From Octopus vulgaris (lineage: Eukaryota), in NCBI GenBank assembly GCA_951406725.2, contig OX597826.1, forward strand, positions 5,952,001 to 6,016,000: a stretch of 64,000 nucleotides of DNA, written 5' to 3'. The position numbers and the translations under genes are program-made. The first letter of the stretch is position 1; each line of letters begins with the position of its first letter. The notes below the pieces were generated by a model. The model was not told the origin of the DNA. It was given only the letters and a program-made list of their open reading frames with translations, and searched no databases. Below are positions 40,891-54,060 of this stretch, in pieces.

Positions 40891-41120
40891 TTTCTTTATT
40901 ACACACAAGGGGCTGAACATAGAGGCGACAAACAAAGGCAGACAAACGGATTAAGTCGATTATATCGACACCAGTGTGTAACTGGTACGTAATTTATCGA
41001 TCCCGAAAGGATGAAGGTCAAAGTCGACCTCGGCGGAATTTGATCTCAGAACGTCAAGACAGACGAAATACAGCTACGCATTTCGCCCGGCGTGCTTACG
41101 ATTCTGCTAGCTCGCTGCCT
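40891..41120 (-). mobile_element. SINE family B
   Basis: Reverse complement of the full B unit. Confidence 0.85.
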
Positions 41121-41990
41121 GTGAATGTATAAATATGTACGAATGTATATATATACGTATGTTTTCAGTCTGAAGAAGGTGAGTTAATTTTGTTTGTTTC
41201 ATTTTTGCTTAAGCCTTCTTATTTGAGGTGCAATAATATCTAAGCAACGCTAGCTAGCTCTAACATTGTACTTATTGAAAAAATATGTATATATTATGTT
41301 TTCTTATCATGTGCTAAATTTTCGGCTTTAGTGCATACTACATTACGTACTCAATATGTGTAAATATATTCTTTCCCTTAACGTTTGACCTATTCAATAC
41401 ACAGTAGAAAAGAGTAGATCTAATCAAGAATCTATAGGTTTTTTTCTTTCTGTTTGCAGTTACCTTCGCCATAGTAACGTTTTCTCACAGCAGGCTGCAG
41501 TTCCCGTGAAAACAATTCGGTCGATGGAAATATGTGTCTCTTTCCTATTTGTATGTTGCGTACTCCACTCTGATATTCATTGCGCAAGGATGAGTACAAT
41601 CCAAGGTTATATTTTCTCCATATTAACTTTGCTTCGTTAGAATTAAGAGCAACAATACCACAAGTTAACTTTAGAGCAAATATCACAAAACTCATCATGT
41701 GTAGCGAACAAAGAAAGGTATCACATAGGAAACACGTTTAAAAACAGAGACAAACAATAGATTTTCTTCTCCAAGTACAATTTCATGTATAAACAAGTAT
41801 AAAAACTGATACATAGTCACATTAGCAGCATATCTATCTTTCGGCATACTAAGCAGAAAGATCGAAATCTTGAAGACGTGTAAGCATATGAACATTTTGC
41901 GTGTTACCGCCCGTTTGGTTACAGACACTTTGTAAATATTGAATAGTAAGCCTAGTTCCCATATACTGATATATGCTGTATATATGGCAT

Positions 41991-42380
41991 GAGGCGCAAT
42001 GGCCCAGTGGTTAGGGCAGCGGACTCGCGGTCATAGGATCGCGGTTTCGATTCCCAGACCGGGCGTTGTGAGTGTTTATTGAGCAAAAACACCTAAAAGC
42101 TCCACGAGGCTCCGGCAGGGGATAGTGGTGATCCCTGCTGTACTCTATCACCACAACTTTCTCTCACTCTTACTTCCTGTTTCTGTTGTACCTGTATTTC
42201 AAGGGGCCGGCCTTGTCACTCTCTGTGTCATGCTGAATATCCCTGAGAACTACGTTAAGGGTGTACGTGTCTGTGGAGTGCTCAGCCACTTACACGTTAA
42301 TTTCACGAGCAGGGTGTTCCGTTGATTCGGATCAACCGGAACCCTCATCGTCGTAACCGACGGAGTGCTTCCCCCCTCCC
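41991..42380 (+). mobile_element. tRNA-derived SINE family C1 with 12-bp TSD
   Basis: A box TGGCCCAGTGG, B box GGTTTCGATTCCC. TSD TATATATGGCAT at 41979-41990 and 42381-42392. Confidence 0.9.
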
Positions 42381-42669
42381 TATATATGGCATACATTTCT
42401 ACATGAATCCCGACACTTGAGGTTTTACGTTTTCGAATCAATTTATTTCAGACATAGTATTGCTTAGTAACATTATAAGCAATGCTAAGAATTATTTTGG
42501 TACAAATTCATCGCTTTATTTCTATTAAAACTGTGCTGTTTATAAGTGTGTGTGTGTGTGTGTGAGTGTTTGTATACCACCTACCCATAGCTCTGAATTA
42601 GTGTAGCAGAAACATGATCACTCTTTACGTTTAAGTATCCACATTTTGATTTTTAGCTTTAGGCACCCG

Positions 42670-42805
42670 TTTTGACTCATCACGTGATGGTCAAGTCCAT
42701 TTAGCTTTACGTGGGCTGTCCACTCACAATGTGATAGACTAGCCAAGTGTCCCGTCATCAGCTATTTAAAAGGAAGCTTCTTCCCGCTAGTTCCTTAGTG
42801 ACGTA
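42670..42805 (+). promoter_or_regulatory. Candidate Pol II promoter
   Basis: TGACTCA, TCACGTGA and TACGTG upstream of TATTTAAAAG (42763), with Inr-like CTAGTT/TTAGTG 26-34 bp downstream. Confidence 0.35.
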
Positions 42806-43482
42806 GGTTTTAGTACGAACGAATTTGGATCTTCGACATGAGAGCAATTTATTCCAATTTGCAGTTTCGCCAAGGAGAGAATTGCAGCAGGAATCCTTGA
42901 CGTTATACTTAGAGTTTTTTCAAACGTTCATCTTCATTTTCAAGAAACACTTTCAAACGGTGTAATGTATTTGACAGCTCCAGTTATATTATACCAGTTG
43001 CTGTTTTTCCATTTAGTGTCGGAATAAATGTTGTCAATTTTACATATCTTCATATTTATTGATGTTCATTATCCTGATTCTTATTTACCCATGAGATATA
43101 TTACCAGGACTTAAACCACATTGCATCATTTTACCTCCACTGCTAAATTAGTATAAGAATTCAGTACATATATGCTTCAGTGGTAAAGGTTTGTCGAGTA
43201 GAGAGCGCAACGAAAGATTATACAAATGATAGAGGAATAAAAAACTATGAATGAACTTTTCTATCTTAAAGCTATTTCTGTAATAAGATGCAATGCACAC
43301 AGAGTTGAGTGCTCGTGTAACAACTTATAGCTTCGATGGGACTCTGTTTCACATTTCTTTAAGTCTAGTAGAAGCGATGGACGTGTGTACCTCATCCGAT
43401 GTTCAGAGACAGAGCTGATTCAGTCAATGAAATCCATTTAACCAACCCATATTTTATGAGTGCCTTCCCTTTAAATTCATAT

Positions 43483-43614
<132 letters not shown>

Positions 43615-44099
43615 ATACAAGGTAAGATAGGGGTTATGGGTGTAACTCACTATGGGAGAACATTTATCCATAGGTTGAAACAGCTGTAAGAAGTGATTTT
43701 AATGATTTCATTAATGTATATTATGACTTTTGAAATTTGTATTCTTATCTTATATCTCATGTGTATTGAATTATAAACTATATATGTATGCTATTGATGT
43801 CAAAATAGAAAATGCTAAAATAATTTTATAAAGAACATTTCAGCACCGGTTTCGGTCATTTTGCAACTGTAACGATTAAATAATTAAATTTAGAAAAATT
43901 AAAAGAAAAGCTTTTTGAAAGGAATATTTGTATAGTGTTCAAATATAAGTGGCATTCTGCCTTTCTCTGTCTCCCTTGTTTGCACTTGTGTGTTCGAGGC
44001 CGTTGTGAATTCTTGTTAGGGTAGAAGAAGAAGAAGAAGAAGAAGAAGGTTGATGAGGAGAGGGGGTGGAAAAATTTGGGAGTGCCTTGATATATATAT

Positions 44100-44530
<431 letters not shown>

Positions 44531-45206
44531 CATATATATGTATATATATATATACACAGGCTTAAGTTGCTTCGATTCAAGTCATTCTCGTTTATACGTC
44601 GATTTTCAAAAATAATATACGGAAAAATAAATATCGGAAAAATAAAAATCAAGTTAAGTCATTTTACTTTACGTATGTCCACCACAATTATTGGTAACGT
44701 AAAAACACTAGAAAACTGTTAAAAGCACATAAAATCATGTTACTCTACAATAAATCATATAATATCATATTGAAATACGTACAGTAAACGTTACGATACA
44801 CAGCATAAAGTAGTGTAGCTTACTGAACGAAATCATGAAATCACGAAACCACCAAATTGTATTTAAGTATTGGTAAATTTAATTTTTCTTTACTATTGCG
44901 AAATATTAATAATTACTGAATTTGGTTTTTAAGCTTTAAAATGGCTATTATTTTAGCATGTTTTATTGCAAACCGCATTCATAAATAAAACGTCCGCGAT
45001 GAACGGTAAACTCTACACATAAATGTACTGTATGGACAACTAAGCTTAAAATAGGTTTTTATTAACCACGTATTATTGAAAATGCATTCATAAATAAAGT
45101 ACGGAACTGGGAATGGTTATTATCGGTTAGCCTAGAGACAAGTTATTTCGACTGAAGTCGTGTCTCCTGGAACCAATTAACGACGTAAGGTGAGGTATGC
45201 TGTGTG

Positions 45207-45263
<57 letters not shown>

Positions 45264-46534
45264 GCATATATATTTATATATATATATAGATAGATAGATA
45301 AATAGATAGATAGATACACACATATATAAATACATATATTTATATTTATATATGTATATATGTATATTTATACATATATTTAGATAGACACAGACACAGG
45401 CACAAATACACACACACACAACACACAAACATATATTCTGTCTGTGCATGTGAAACAGTTATGGAGATAAAAGTCTGAGGACAAAGGATGTCCTCAATTA
45501 ATTAATACGGGTGTGTAGTAGATAGTAAAAAAAAAACAATAAAAAATAGATGTTATAAAATAGTTAAACAAGTGAAATTTCTCATGAGTATTGCAAATAT
45601 GATCTTAAATCGACAAACGCCGCTAAGTTTTAAACAATGATGTTACTGCCATTTTGTATGGTTTCATCCTGGCTCAGCTCGTTATGCTGATCGTTATGTT
45701 GATAAACATTAAAAAACCCAGCTTGTAGAAACTGAATTTCAGAAAATATTAATTAGAATACACCGATGCATTAACGGATGATGCAGTTAGTTTGAGATAA
45801 TGTTTGGCTAATTTCCAATTAGCTGATTAATAATCGATTAATCAAAATAATTAACATCTCCTTTTTTGCTGATATTTTTTTATCGTACCTAGTGATCCAA
45901 TTTGTGTAGGTAATATTTCTGCATTCATTATTATATTTGTTTCAGTTATTTAGTTATTTTGTACGTTCACAAGACAAGTGATCACAGCTCTGTGTGACCT
46001 GGTACACACAAGCAGTGTTGTGATTTGATTTTATGTTTTACATTATAAAGAAAAAAATATTATGTAAAGTGTGTTCACTGTGTATTAGGGCAATTGTCTG
46101 TATGTTATGTATATGTTCAATCCTGCGATTAAATATTTCTTTTATCATATTTTCAATCAATATCAAAGCATTAATTATTTTAGCTTTGTTCTCTTCTCAT
46201 CCAACCGTGTTCCCCTTTCTATATATCATTTTATTTGTATTTCTCTGTCATCGGATAATGAATAAGTAAGTATGATGCACTTGCTTTGTTGGTAGTCCTC
46301 GAAAATAATATTCAGTACCTTATTCGTGATTTATCTGAGTATTATGAAATGCATATCTTAATGTATGACCGCTTTTTAATTCTCTGACAACCAGTGTTAG
46401 TTTGATAGCGTCTGATGGAGTAAGTACTGTAGTCGTATTTTTCCACTGGATTACTTCAAAGTGGTACCACAACATGGCCATATACAAATCATTGAAAGGT
46501 GTGGTTGTGTGTGTAACCTTCATCCCTTGATCTT

Positions 46535-46646
46535 ATCTATATTGTCTTGGGTTCAATAGCACTCTCGGCATATATCATCTACTAAAGTCCGGGTCACAAA
46601 ATCCTTGTGAGTGTATTTGGTACACGGAAAATGAAAGAAGCTCGTA

Positions 46647-46650
<4 letters not shown>
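46535..46650 (+). mobile_element. SINE family A fragment
   Basis: CCTTGTGAGTGTATTTGGTACACGGAAAATGAAAGAAGC followed by (TA)n(TG)n. Confidence 0.6.
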
Positions 46651-46733
<83 letters not shown>

Positions 46734-46745
46734 ATATACATATAC

Positions 46746-46791
<46 letters not shown>

Positions 46792-46793
<2 letters not shown>

Positions 46794-47130
46794 TTAGTTG
46801 GATGAGTGTGTGTACTTGTGTTACTGAGTGCTTTTTGTAGTATAAATTTGTCTGTATATGCATTTATAAAACGTTGGTGATGCTCATGATATTTCAATGA
46901 GCTCACTTTCAATCTGTGCAAATTTACCCAATCCTTTTTCGTATGCGTACGGCTGTCCATCTACTGCAGAAGGAACAATGGCTTTGCTGATGGCGTCTAT
47001 TAAGGTGGAAACATGTGTTCATAGCTGTTCTCAAAACATATTTTACTTTATTTCCTGTAAATGTTATAGAATAGTTTCTTTTTTTTTTAAATCGAGAATC
47101 ATTAGCTTACTAAGTTTGTGTGTGTAGAGA
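46792..47130. repeat. Left arm of ~340-bp inverted duplication (partner 48269-48606)
   Basis: Collinear reverse-complement match, e.g. GATGCTCATGATATTTCAATGAGCTCAC vs GTGAGCTCATTGAAATATCATGAGCATC. Confidence 0.92.
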
Positions 47131-47807
47131 GAAAAAAGACAGAATAGAAAAGGATATTTGTATGTGTCCGTGCGTGCGTGCGTGCCTCTGAGTGTGTGTG
47201 CCTGTGTGTGTATGTGTGTGCTTGTGTGTATGTCTGTATGGACACGAGGCTCAACCTCTCGATCTTATACTGTCACATCAAAAGCAAAGCGCACATATTC
47301 CTACTTGTCTCTCTATATTAATTACAATTCTACTGAAAATGAATATTACACTTTTTCATTCACCCCAAGAGAACAACAACTTTTAAGTCCCATCAATATA
47401 TTGATCTGCTTAAAAACTTCAAATTCAATTGAACATTGTCTTCACACAACAACTTAACCACTTAAAATCTCACCTTTTATATACGAAAAGGAATTTTTCA
47501 TGCGTCAGTGAATACCACTTCACTAACAAAATTCCAAGCCAGTTCAATCGACAATGTACCGCAACTTTTCACACTACACAAAACAAGCTGATATTTTAAC
47601 CCTCAAATTTAATTGTATTTTTTTAGACTTCAAATTATTATTTTTATTTATATTTCTGATAATAGTAACTAACACTCATACTTATTGTACAGTAACTATT
47701 CAACAGATAATATATATATATATATACAATCTTTCTTGGACACAGAACACACAGACTCGAGCATACACACACATATATATAAATATGTATAGCCTCACAC
47801 ACACACA

Positions 47808-47869
<62 letters not shown>

Positions 47870-47877
47870 AACATATA

Positions 47878-48268
47878 TGATGGCTGCCCCTTCGTTATCG
47901 AGTATGGCCATTACACGAAGCTTAACTGTTGTTGGTGCGGTGAACGTATGTGACGTTTTAGCCCAGCTAAAGATCTACATTGTCTTGTACAGAATTGGCA
48001 GCTAAAACCTTTACCGGTAATAGCCGGCTGTAGTTGTAACTGGGCTTCACGTACTTTTGCATATCGTTTAAATCCTCCTGCCGAATTACACTCTCTTCCA
48101 CATGCCTGAGAGATATGATTAGTATGGTGTGTAACACCAACACCAGTGGCCAGGTTGTCACTCATCTGTCTCGCTTTATGACTAAGAAGATGACTCTGGA
48201 GTCCGGCTTTACTGCGGCAGGGTTTTGCACAGACACTGCATGTCAGCATCATAGGAAGACCCATCCCA
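47878..48268 (-). mobile_element. RTE/BovB-type LINE 3' end with C2H2-like zinc fingers
   Basis: ORF 47911-48279: CSVCAKPCRSKAGLQSH, (S)QACGRECNSAGG, CQFCTRQCRSLAGLKRH. Short 3' UTR runs into microsatellite. Confidence 0.75.
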
Positions 48269-48606
48269 TCTCTACACACAAACTTAGTAAGCTTCTGATC
48301 CTTGATTAAAAAAAGAAGACTATCCTATAACATTTACAGCAAATAAAGTAAAATATGTTTTGAGAACAGCTATGAACACATATTTCCACCTCAATAGACG
48401 TCATCAGCACAGCCATTGATCATTCTGCAGTAGATAGACAGCTGTACGCATACGAAAAAGGATTGGGTAAATTTGCACAAATTAAGAGAATGTGAGCTCA
48501 TTGAAATATCATGAGCATCACCAACATTTTATAAATGCATATACAGGCAAATTTATACTACAAAAATCACTCAGTAACACTCTCACACACACCCATCCAA
48601 CTAACC
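48269..48606. repeat. Right arm of inverted duplication, interrupting the RTE LINE
   Basis: Reverse complement of 46792-47130. Confidence 0.92.
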
Positions 48607-48614
48607 TTATATAT

Positions 48615-49515
48615 CTCAATGAACCTGACATCCCTCCTTACTTTCTAATGCGCAACTCGAGATTTCTCAAAAGTAGCTGTCCCTTCGTACACAATCATTT
48701 TCCACCTGCTACGATCAATAGCTATACCCTCCCATGTGTCAGGAGAAATGCAAGCATTTCTTAAGGAAGCCTTCAGCATGTTCTTATACCTCTTTTTGGG
48801 TTTATATGGAGGTCATTCTCCTTTAGCTAACTCTCCATAAAAGAGTTGTTTTGGCATTCTTCAAACATTCATTCTGACCAGATGACATCTGAGCCTTTGC
48901 TTTAACGCTATAGCTTCTATACTTTCTCACCGAGAGCTTTCCAATATTTCAAGATCACTGATGCGGTCCTCCCACTTAATGCCATAGATCTGCCTGAGAC
49001 ACATCTGTTGGAAACGTTCCAGGTATTAAGGTGGTATCGATATGTGACCCACGTCTCATAGGCATAGAGAAGAAAAGGGAGCACACATGCCTTGTACACC
49101 TTTATCTTTGTCTTTCTGCATATGTCTCGCCGACTCCAGAGGTGCTTTTCTAGCCTTCCGAAAGCAACACTTGATTTCCTAATTTTATATGGAATTTCAT
49201 CATCCAAATTGCCATATCTATTAATAGTGCTTCCCATATAGACAAACTGATCGACTACATCAAGTCGTTTACCATACACATAGATATTTGGTACACTATA
49301 CTGCTTAGCAGGGGCAGGCTGATGCATGACAACAGTTTTCTTGAGATCGACTGTCAAACCTAAGGCAGTGCAAGCATCAGAAAATGCATTCAAAATGTGT
49401 TGCATATCAATCTATGTGTGCGCTACTAGCTCACAATCATCTGCATACAAAAGATCTCTTATGAAAGAGGTAAATAACTTTGTTTTTGCAGCAAAGCGCC
49501 TGACATTAAATATGC

Positions 49516-49520
<5 letters not shown>
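48615..49520 (-). mobile_element. RTE/BovB-type LINE reverse transcriptase C-terminal remnant
   Basis: [76 protein letters not shown]. 5'-truncated at (TA)n. Confidence 0.92.
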
Positions 49521-49600
<80 letters not shown>

Positions 49601-49634
49601 TATATATATGTACATACACACATACATACATACA

Positions 49635-49669
<35 letters not shown>

Positions 49670-49689
49670 GAATATATATATATACATAT

Positions 49690-49990
49690 ATATTATTGTT
49701 GTTGTTTGTATTTGTGTAACATATCAATTTTCTAGTTTTTTTGTCTGTGTGGTCACACATATTCGCTTGCTTTCTTCCAAAAATTTAAAGCCCTTACCTT
49801 AGAATTTTGGGGCCTACCAAATTTGAACAATCTCAAGTGTAACGGGTCGAAACTGTAATGAGGATTTGAAGTTTTACTGATGAAAGAAAGCCACGAATGT
49901 TTCGTCCTGGTTATTTCTGTCCGTCTTTGTATCGTCTATCTGTCCGGATGTATTTATTGTCCTTCGTTATTCTATTATTATTCCGTTTTT
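49690..49990 (+). mobile_element. Degenerate PLE-associated repeat related to 2950-3120
   Basis: CAATCTCAAGTGTAACGGGTCGAAAC..ACTGATGAAAGAAAG..TGTCCGGATGT parallels the 2950-3120 copy. Confidence 0.45.
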
Positions 49991-50003
49991 AAATATATAT
50001 ATA

Positions 50004-50222
50004 CAGACGAAATACCTATTTCTTTACTACCCACAAGAGGCTAAACACAGAGGGGACAAGTACAGACAAACGGTTTAAGTCAATTACATCGACCCCAGTG
50101 CATAACTGGTCCTTAATTTATCGACCCCCGAAATGATGAAAGGCAAAGTCGACATCGGCGGAATTTGAACTCAGAACGAAACGGCAGACGAAATACCGCT
50201 AAGCATTTCGCCCGGCGTGCTA
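50004..50222 (-). mobile_element. SINE family B
   Basis: Reverse-complement B unit. Confidence 0.85.
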
Positions 50223-50583
50223 CAAAGCGAAAGTTTAGCATACGTGTATACCTTTAGAAAAAGAAGCATGGACTGTTTCAAGTCACTTTCTGAAAACGAT
50301 ATTGCAATTCATCAGCTATTAATGAATCAGTATTACTAGATATGCCGAAAAATGTTCGGATCTTTTCACAATAATTTTATTTAGAACGAAAAATAAAAAA
50401 ATATGAGTGAAAAGTAAATTCATGTAACTGTGTTTAATTTAGCTAAAACTGGAGCAATGTCATGTAATGCTGTAGCGTTAGTAAGCTTGATATCAAAATC
50501 TAAAATTTCATTTATAGCTGTATTCTAAACAGCTTTAATTTCCTTGAAAGTTCTAATTCATTTGAACACACAAACATAACCTA

Positions 50584-50996
50584 TTACTCTTTTACTTGTT
50601 TCAGTCATTTGACTGCGGCCATGCTGGAGCACAGCCTTTAGTCGAGCAAATCGACCCCGGGACTTATTCTTTGTAAGCCCAGTACTTATTCTATCGGTCT
50701 CTTTTGCCGAACCGCTACTTGACGGGGACGTAAACACACCAGCATCGGTTGTCAAGCAATACTAGGGGGACAAACACAGACACACAAACATATACACACA
50801 CACTTATATATATATATATATATACATATATACGACAGGCTTCTTTCAGTTTCCGTCTACCAAATCCACTCACAAGGCACTGGTCGGCCCGGGGATATAG
50901 CAGAAGACACTTTCCCAAGATGCCATGCAATGGGACTGAACCCGGAACCATGTGGTTGGTTAGCAAGCTACTTACCACACAGCCACTCCTGCGCCT
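50584..50996 (-). mobile_element. SINE family A (full length)
   Basis: Near-identical to 1925-2340. Confidence 0.92.
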
Positions 50997-51019
50997 ATGT
51001 TTAAACTTTCTCCGGAATT

Positions 51020-51152
51020 CAGATATTGTCCTTCTACTAAGTGGTGAATCAAGATAAAACTCGGCGGAATTTAAACTCAGAACGTTGAGACAGACAAAAT
51101 ACCCCTAAGCATTTCGCCCGGCGTAATAACGCTTCTGACAGTTCGCCGCCTT
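51020..51152 (-). mobile_element. SINE family B 5' fragment
   Basis: CTCGGCGGAATTTAAACTCAGAACG..CATTTCGCCCGGCG..TCGCCGCCTT. Confidence 0.75.
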
Positions 51153-51503
51153 GCTGAGCATGCATATTAATGCATAAATCTGAAAGGCCAACTTGGGAAA
51201 CATAAATGGAATTTTGTTAGATCGTAGCCAAGGGGCAAAGGCTATGGTTTAATAATAAAACAAGAATTAGTCGGTGATGAAATAGACTGAGAAACACATT
51301 TGTACACTCAATGATGAAATATCTCAATGAGATTAACTAATTATGTAATGTCTAACTTCAAGTACGAACTATTAATCTATAGTTTCTCGGGCGTTTTTAA
51401 TCCACCTCATTCCACTTATATTCCTATACTGGCCTACTTTGTATGTATTCTTCAATAACTTTACCATAATAACATTAATATTAATCTTTTATTTTTATTT
51501 TTA

Positions 51504-51816
51504 TTTTACTTGTTTCAGTCGTGTGACTGCTGTCACGCAGGAGTGCAGTCTTTCGTCGAGCCGCTGAATTACGGACACGTAAACACCAACACCAGTTGCC
51601 AAGGGATGGTGAGGGGACACACATAGACGCAAATATATATATACACGCATATACATATAGCCTCTTTCAGTTTCCGCCTATCAGATCGATTCACAAGGCT
51701 TGGGTCGGACCAAGGCTATAGTAGAAGACACTTGTCCAATGTTCCACGCAGTAGTACTGAACCCGGAACCATGTAGTTGGAAGCAATCTTCTTCCTGCAC
51801 AGCCACACCTGCGCCT
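51504..51816 (-). mobile_element. SINE family A (older, internally deleted)
   Basis: Aligns with family A head and tail. Confidence 0.8.
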
Positions 51817-51834
51817 ATAATAATAATAATAATG

Positions 51835-51891
<57 letters not shown>

Positions 51892-51970
51892 GTAATAGTA
51901 ATAGTAATAATAACAATAATAATAATAATAATAATAATAGTAATACTAATAGTAATAATAATAATAATAA
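51817..51970. repeat. (AAT)n microsatellite
   Basis: Direct inspection. Confidence 0.95.
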
Positions 51971-52252
51971 TCGATAATCGTTAGTGACTCGTTTAAGTCA
52001 CATAACTCAGCAGATCGGCAACAGTAACCAATAAAATAAGATCCATAACTTTAGAAAAATATAACCTGGAGCTAGTTTGTTCAAGTCAACCTTCCAAGCG
52101 CTGCCTTAGAATGGAATGAAAAAATAAAAGCTACAATTTGTTCATGAGTAAACCTCATTAATTCTTCAGTGGCTGTATGACTGGATAGTCATCGCTACAC
52201 CTAGATGTCTCATGCGTTAAATCACGGATAATATTCCATATTTCATATGCTA

Positions 52253-52650
52253 CTAGCAGTATCGCCCAGCGTTGCTCGGGTTTGTAGGGGAAATAACTAT
52301 ATAAGCATTTTTAGAGAGTTATAGCTAAAAAATAGCAAAAAAATGCATTAAAAATGGAAAAAAAAATGATGGTAATTTTTTTTTTAAATCGTTGACTCAT
52401 CGTAGACATTTTTAGAGAGTTACTTCCCTTATATAATAGCAAAAAAATGCATTAAAATGGAAAAAATGATGGTAATTTTTTTTTTAAATCGTAGACTCAT
52501 CGTAGACGCGCGCTAATACACAGAAGGGCTCGATATGAATCACGACTATAAGATACCCGGTTTTGGTTAAACTTCACCGCAAAATGCGGGATTAGGTAGG
52601 AATCTAAATCGTAGGAGACAGACACACAACCTTACTTTTATATATAAAGA
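52253..52650 (-). mobile_element. Complete non-autonomous Helitron
   Basis: Minus strand runs A|TCTTTATATATAAAAG to CCCGAGCAACGCTGGGCGATACTGCTAG|T: 5' TC, subterminal imperfect hairpin, 3' CTAG, A/T target, no TSD. Internal ~101-bp tandem duplication. Confidence 0.85.
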
Positions 52651-52734
52651 TATTTTTGCCCTTGTGGTATCTCCATGACTGAGTAAAGTATTGCTGTATT
52701 TCTGAGTTGGAAGTATGCCCTGCAGTATTTAAAA

Positions 52735-53360
52735 TGCGGTGAAGTGGCACCAGCGTTAGAACATCGGAAATTTGTTTTGAAATATTTCTGCTTCCTCTTT
52801 ACATTCTCAGTTCTAACCCCAGAATGTTCAACTTTGGATTGAAACTCTCTGGGGTAGAGAACGTGTAACTGCTAATGAAGTGGTAGTATAAATAACATTA
52901 ATATCATCTCGAAACTGCTTGCATTATTCTTATATCAGAAACCATTATTTATATGGTTTGCATAGTGTGGGAATCATTCATGTGACGCAAGTATGTACTT
53001 GGAGTCATTTCGGCTCTTTATATTCGGAGTTCAGTTCCGGGTGGTATCAAATTTGTCTTTTATCCCATCAGAAACAAGGAAATTAAGTACTAATACCAAA
53101 GGACTCCACCACTTCTCCGTTCGCTAAAATTGCTGGTGTTGTATTTAGAATTAAAGTAATGAAATTGTTAGTACAGAATTAAAAAAATGTTTTGCGCCAT
53201 TTCTACTGGTTCTTTATGTTCTGAAGTCAAAACATGCCGGTAACTTATTGCTCTCCGGAATCGATAAAAATAAAATAGCAGCTAAGTGCTGAAGTCGATA
53301 TATTCCACTAAATATTTCCTCCTGAAACTGCTGGTTTTGTGTGAAAGTTAAGCTATTATC
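52735..53360 (+). mobile_element. Run of three highly decayed SINE family B-like copies
   Basis: Repeated TCTTTA(C/T)ATTC..AGTT..AAGTAC..AAATTGCTGG remnants. Confidence 0.45.
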
Positions 53361-53399
53361 AAGACGGTGGGCTAACAGAAACATCAGTATGACAGAGTG

Positions 53400-54060
53400 G
53401 ATATTTGCCTTGACCCAAGAAATTCTATCTGCACGGAACGGACTATGAGAGAGTTGTTGGCACTTTTGCGTTCAGTAATAGGAAAAGTGGCGTGATACTC
53501 CTTGACTTAGCGAAATGTCACAAACTTTGGAACTGTTACCTACTCGGATGCTAGTCATCGTAGAGCCTTGATCAGTGGTAAATGTAACCACAGGCTGTGA
53601 TTTTGCCCATCTGTTGCCGATGCACCTTGAATACGGCTCTACTGCAACTTACGAGTGCTCAAGTTCCAAAGATATCATGGGCTGACTGGAGTCATGCCTC
53701 AGAGATAATACATTCCAGGCCCCCATACGAAGAACACACACAACGTTCCCTCAGTGTGCCGCACAAAGCAACTGAAATCGGTCGAAGTACGACTTTCACA
53801 CCGACCTCATAGATCTGTCACATGCAACAATTGCCCAAACACACTCATCAAGTTCTCTCCTCTGCTAAAAATAACATGACTGTCAATGAGACCCGCCCAA
53901 GGAAGCGGTTGGGGCAAAGCCGTCAGGACTGTCATCCACCATATGGGGAAATCCGTGGAAGACAGGTCGATTTAGAGGGCTTTCGCTTTAGTGGTGCAAC
54001 CGTGTCACAAACCAAGAGCAGGGAATAGTTGAAAGGATTATCATTATTATTATTATTATT
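53400..54060 (+). mobile_element. Decayed RTE-like LINE 3' fragment
   Basis: GC-richer block with TKQLK, RPRKR and EDRSI*R remnants of RQLxW, GRPRKRW and DRxxWR. Ends in (ATT)n. Confidence 0.45.

Noticed and set aside
41991-42065. tRNA-like sequence (also 44232-44305, 16563-16630)
   Set aside because: SINE heads continuing into SINE bodies, one with a TSD. No complete cloverleaf acceptor stem.
45124-45175. Imperfect hairpin GAGAC..CGACT-GA-AGTCG..GTCTC
   Set aside because: Short interrupted stems that are compatible with chance
47911-48279. Stand-alone C2H2 zinc-finger gene
   Set aside because: No TGEKP linkers, and collinear with an RTE RT remnant on the same strand
48372-48412. Minus-strand CTGATGA..GAAA hammerhead-like match inside the inverted repeat
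   Set aside because: No UH cleavage site after stem III, weak stem II, and the partner copy reads CTGATGG
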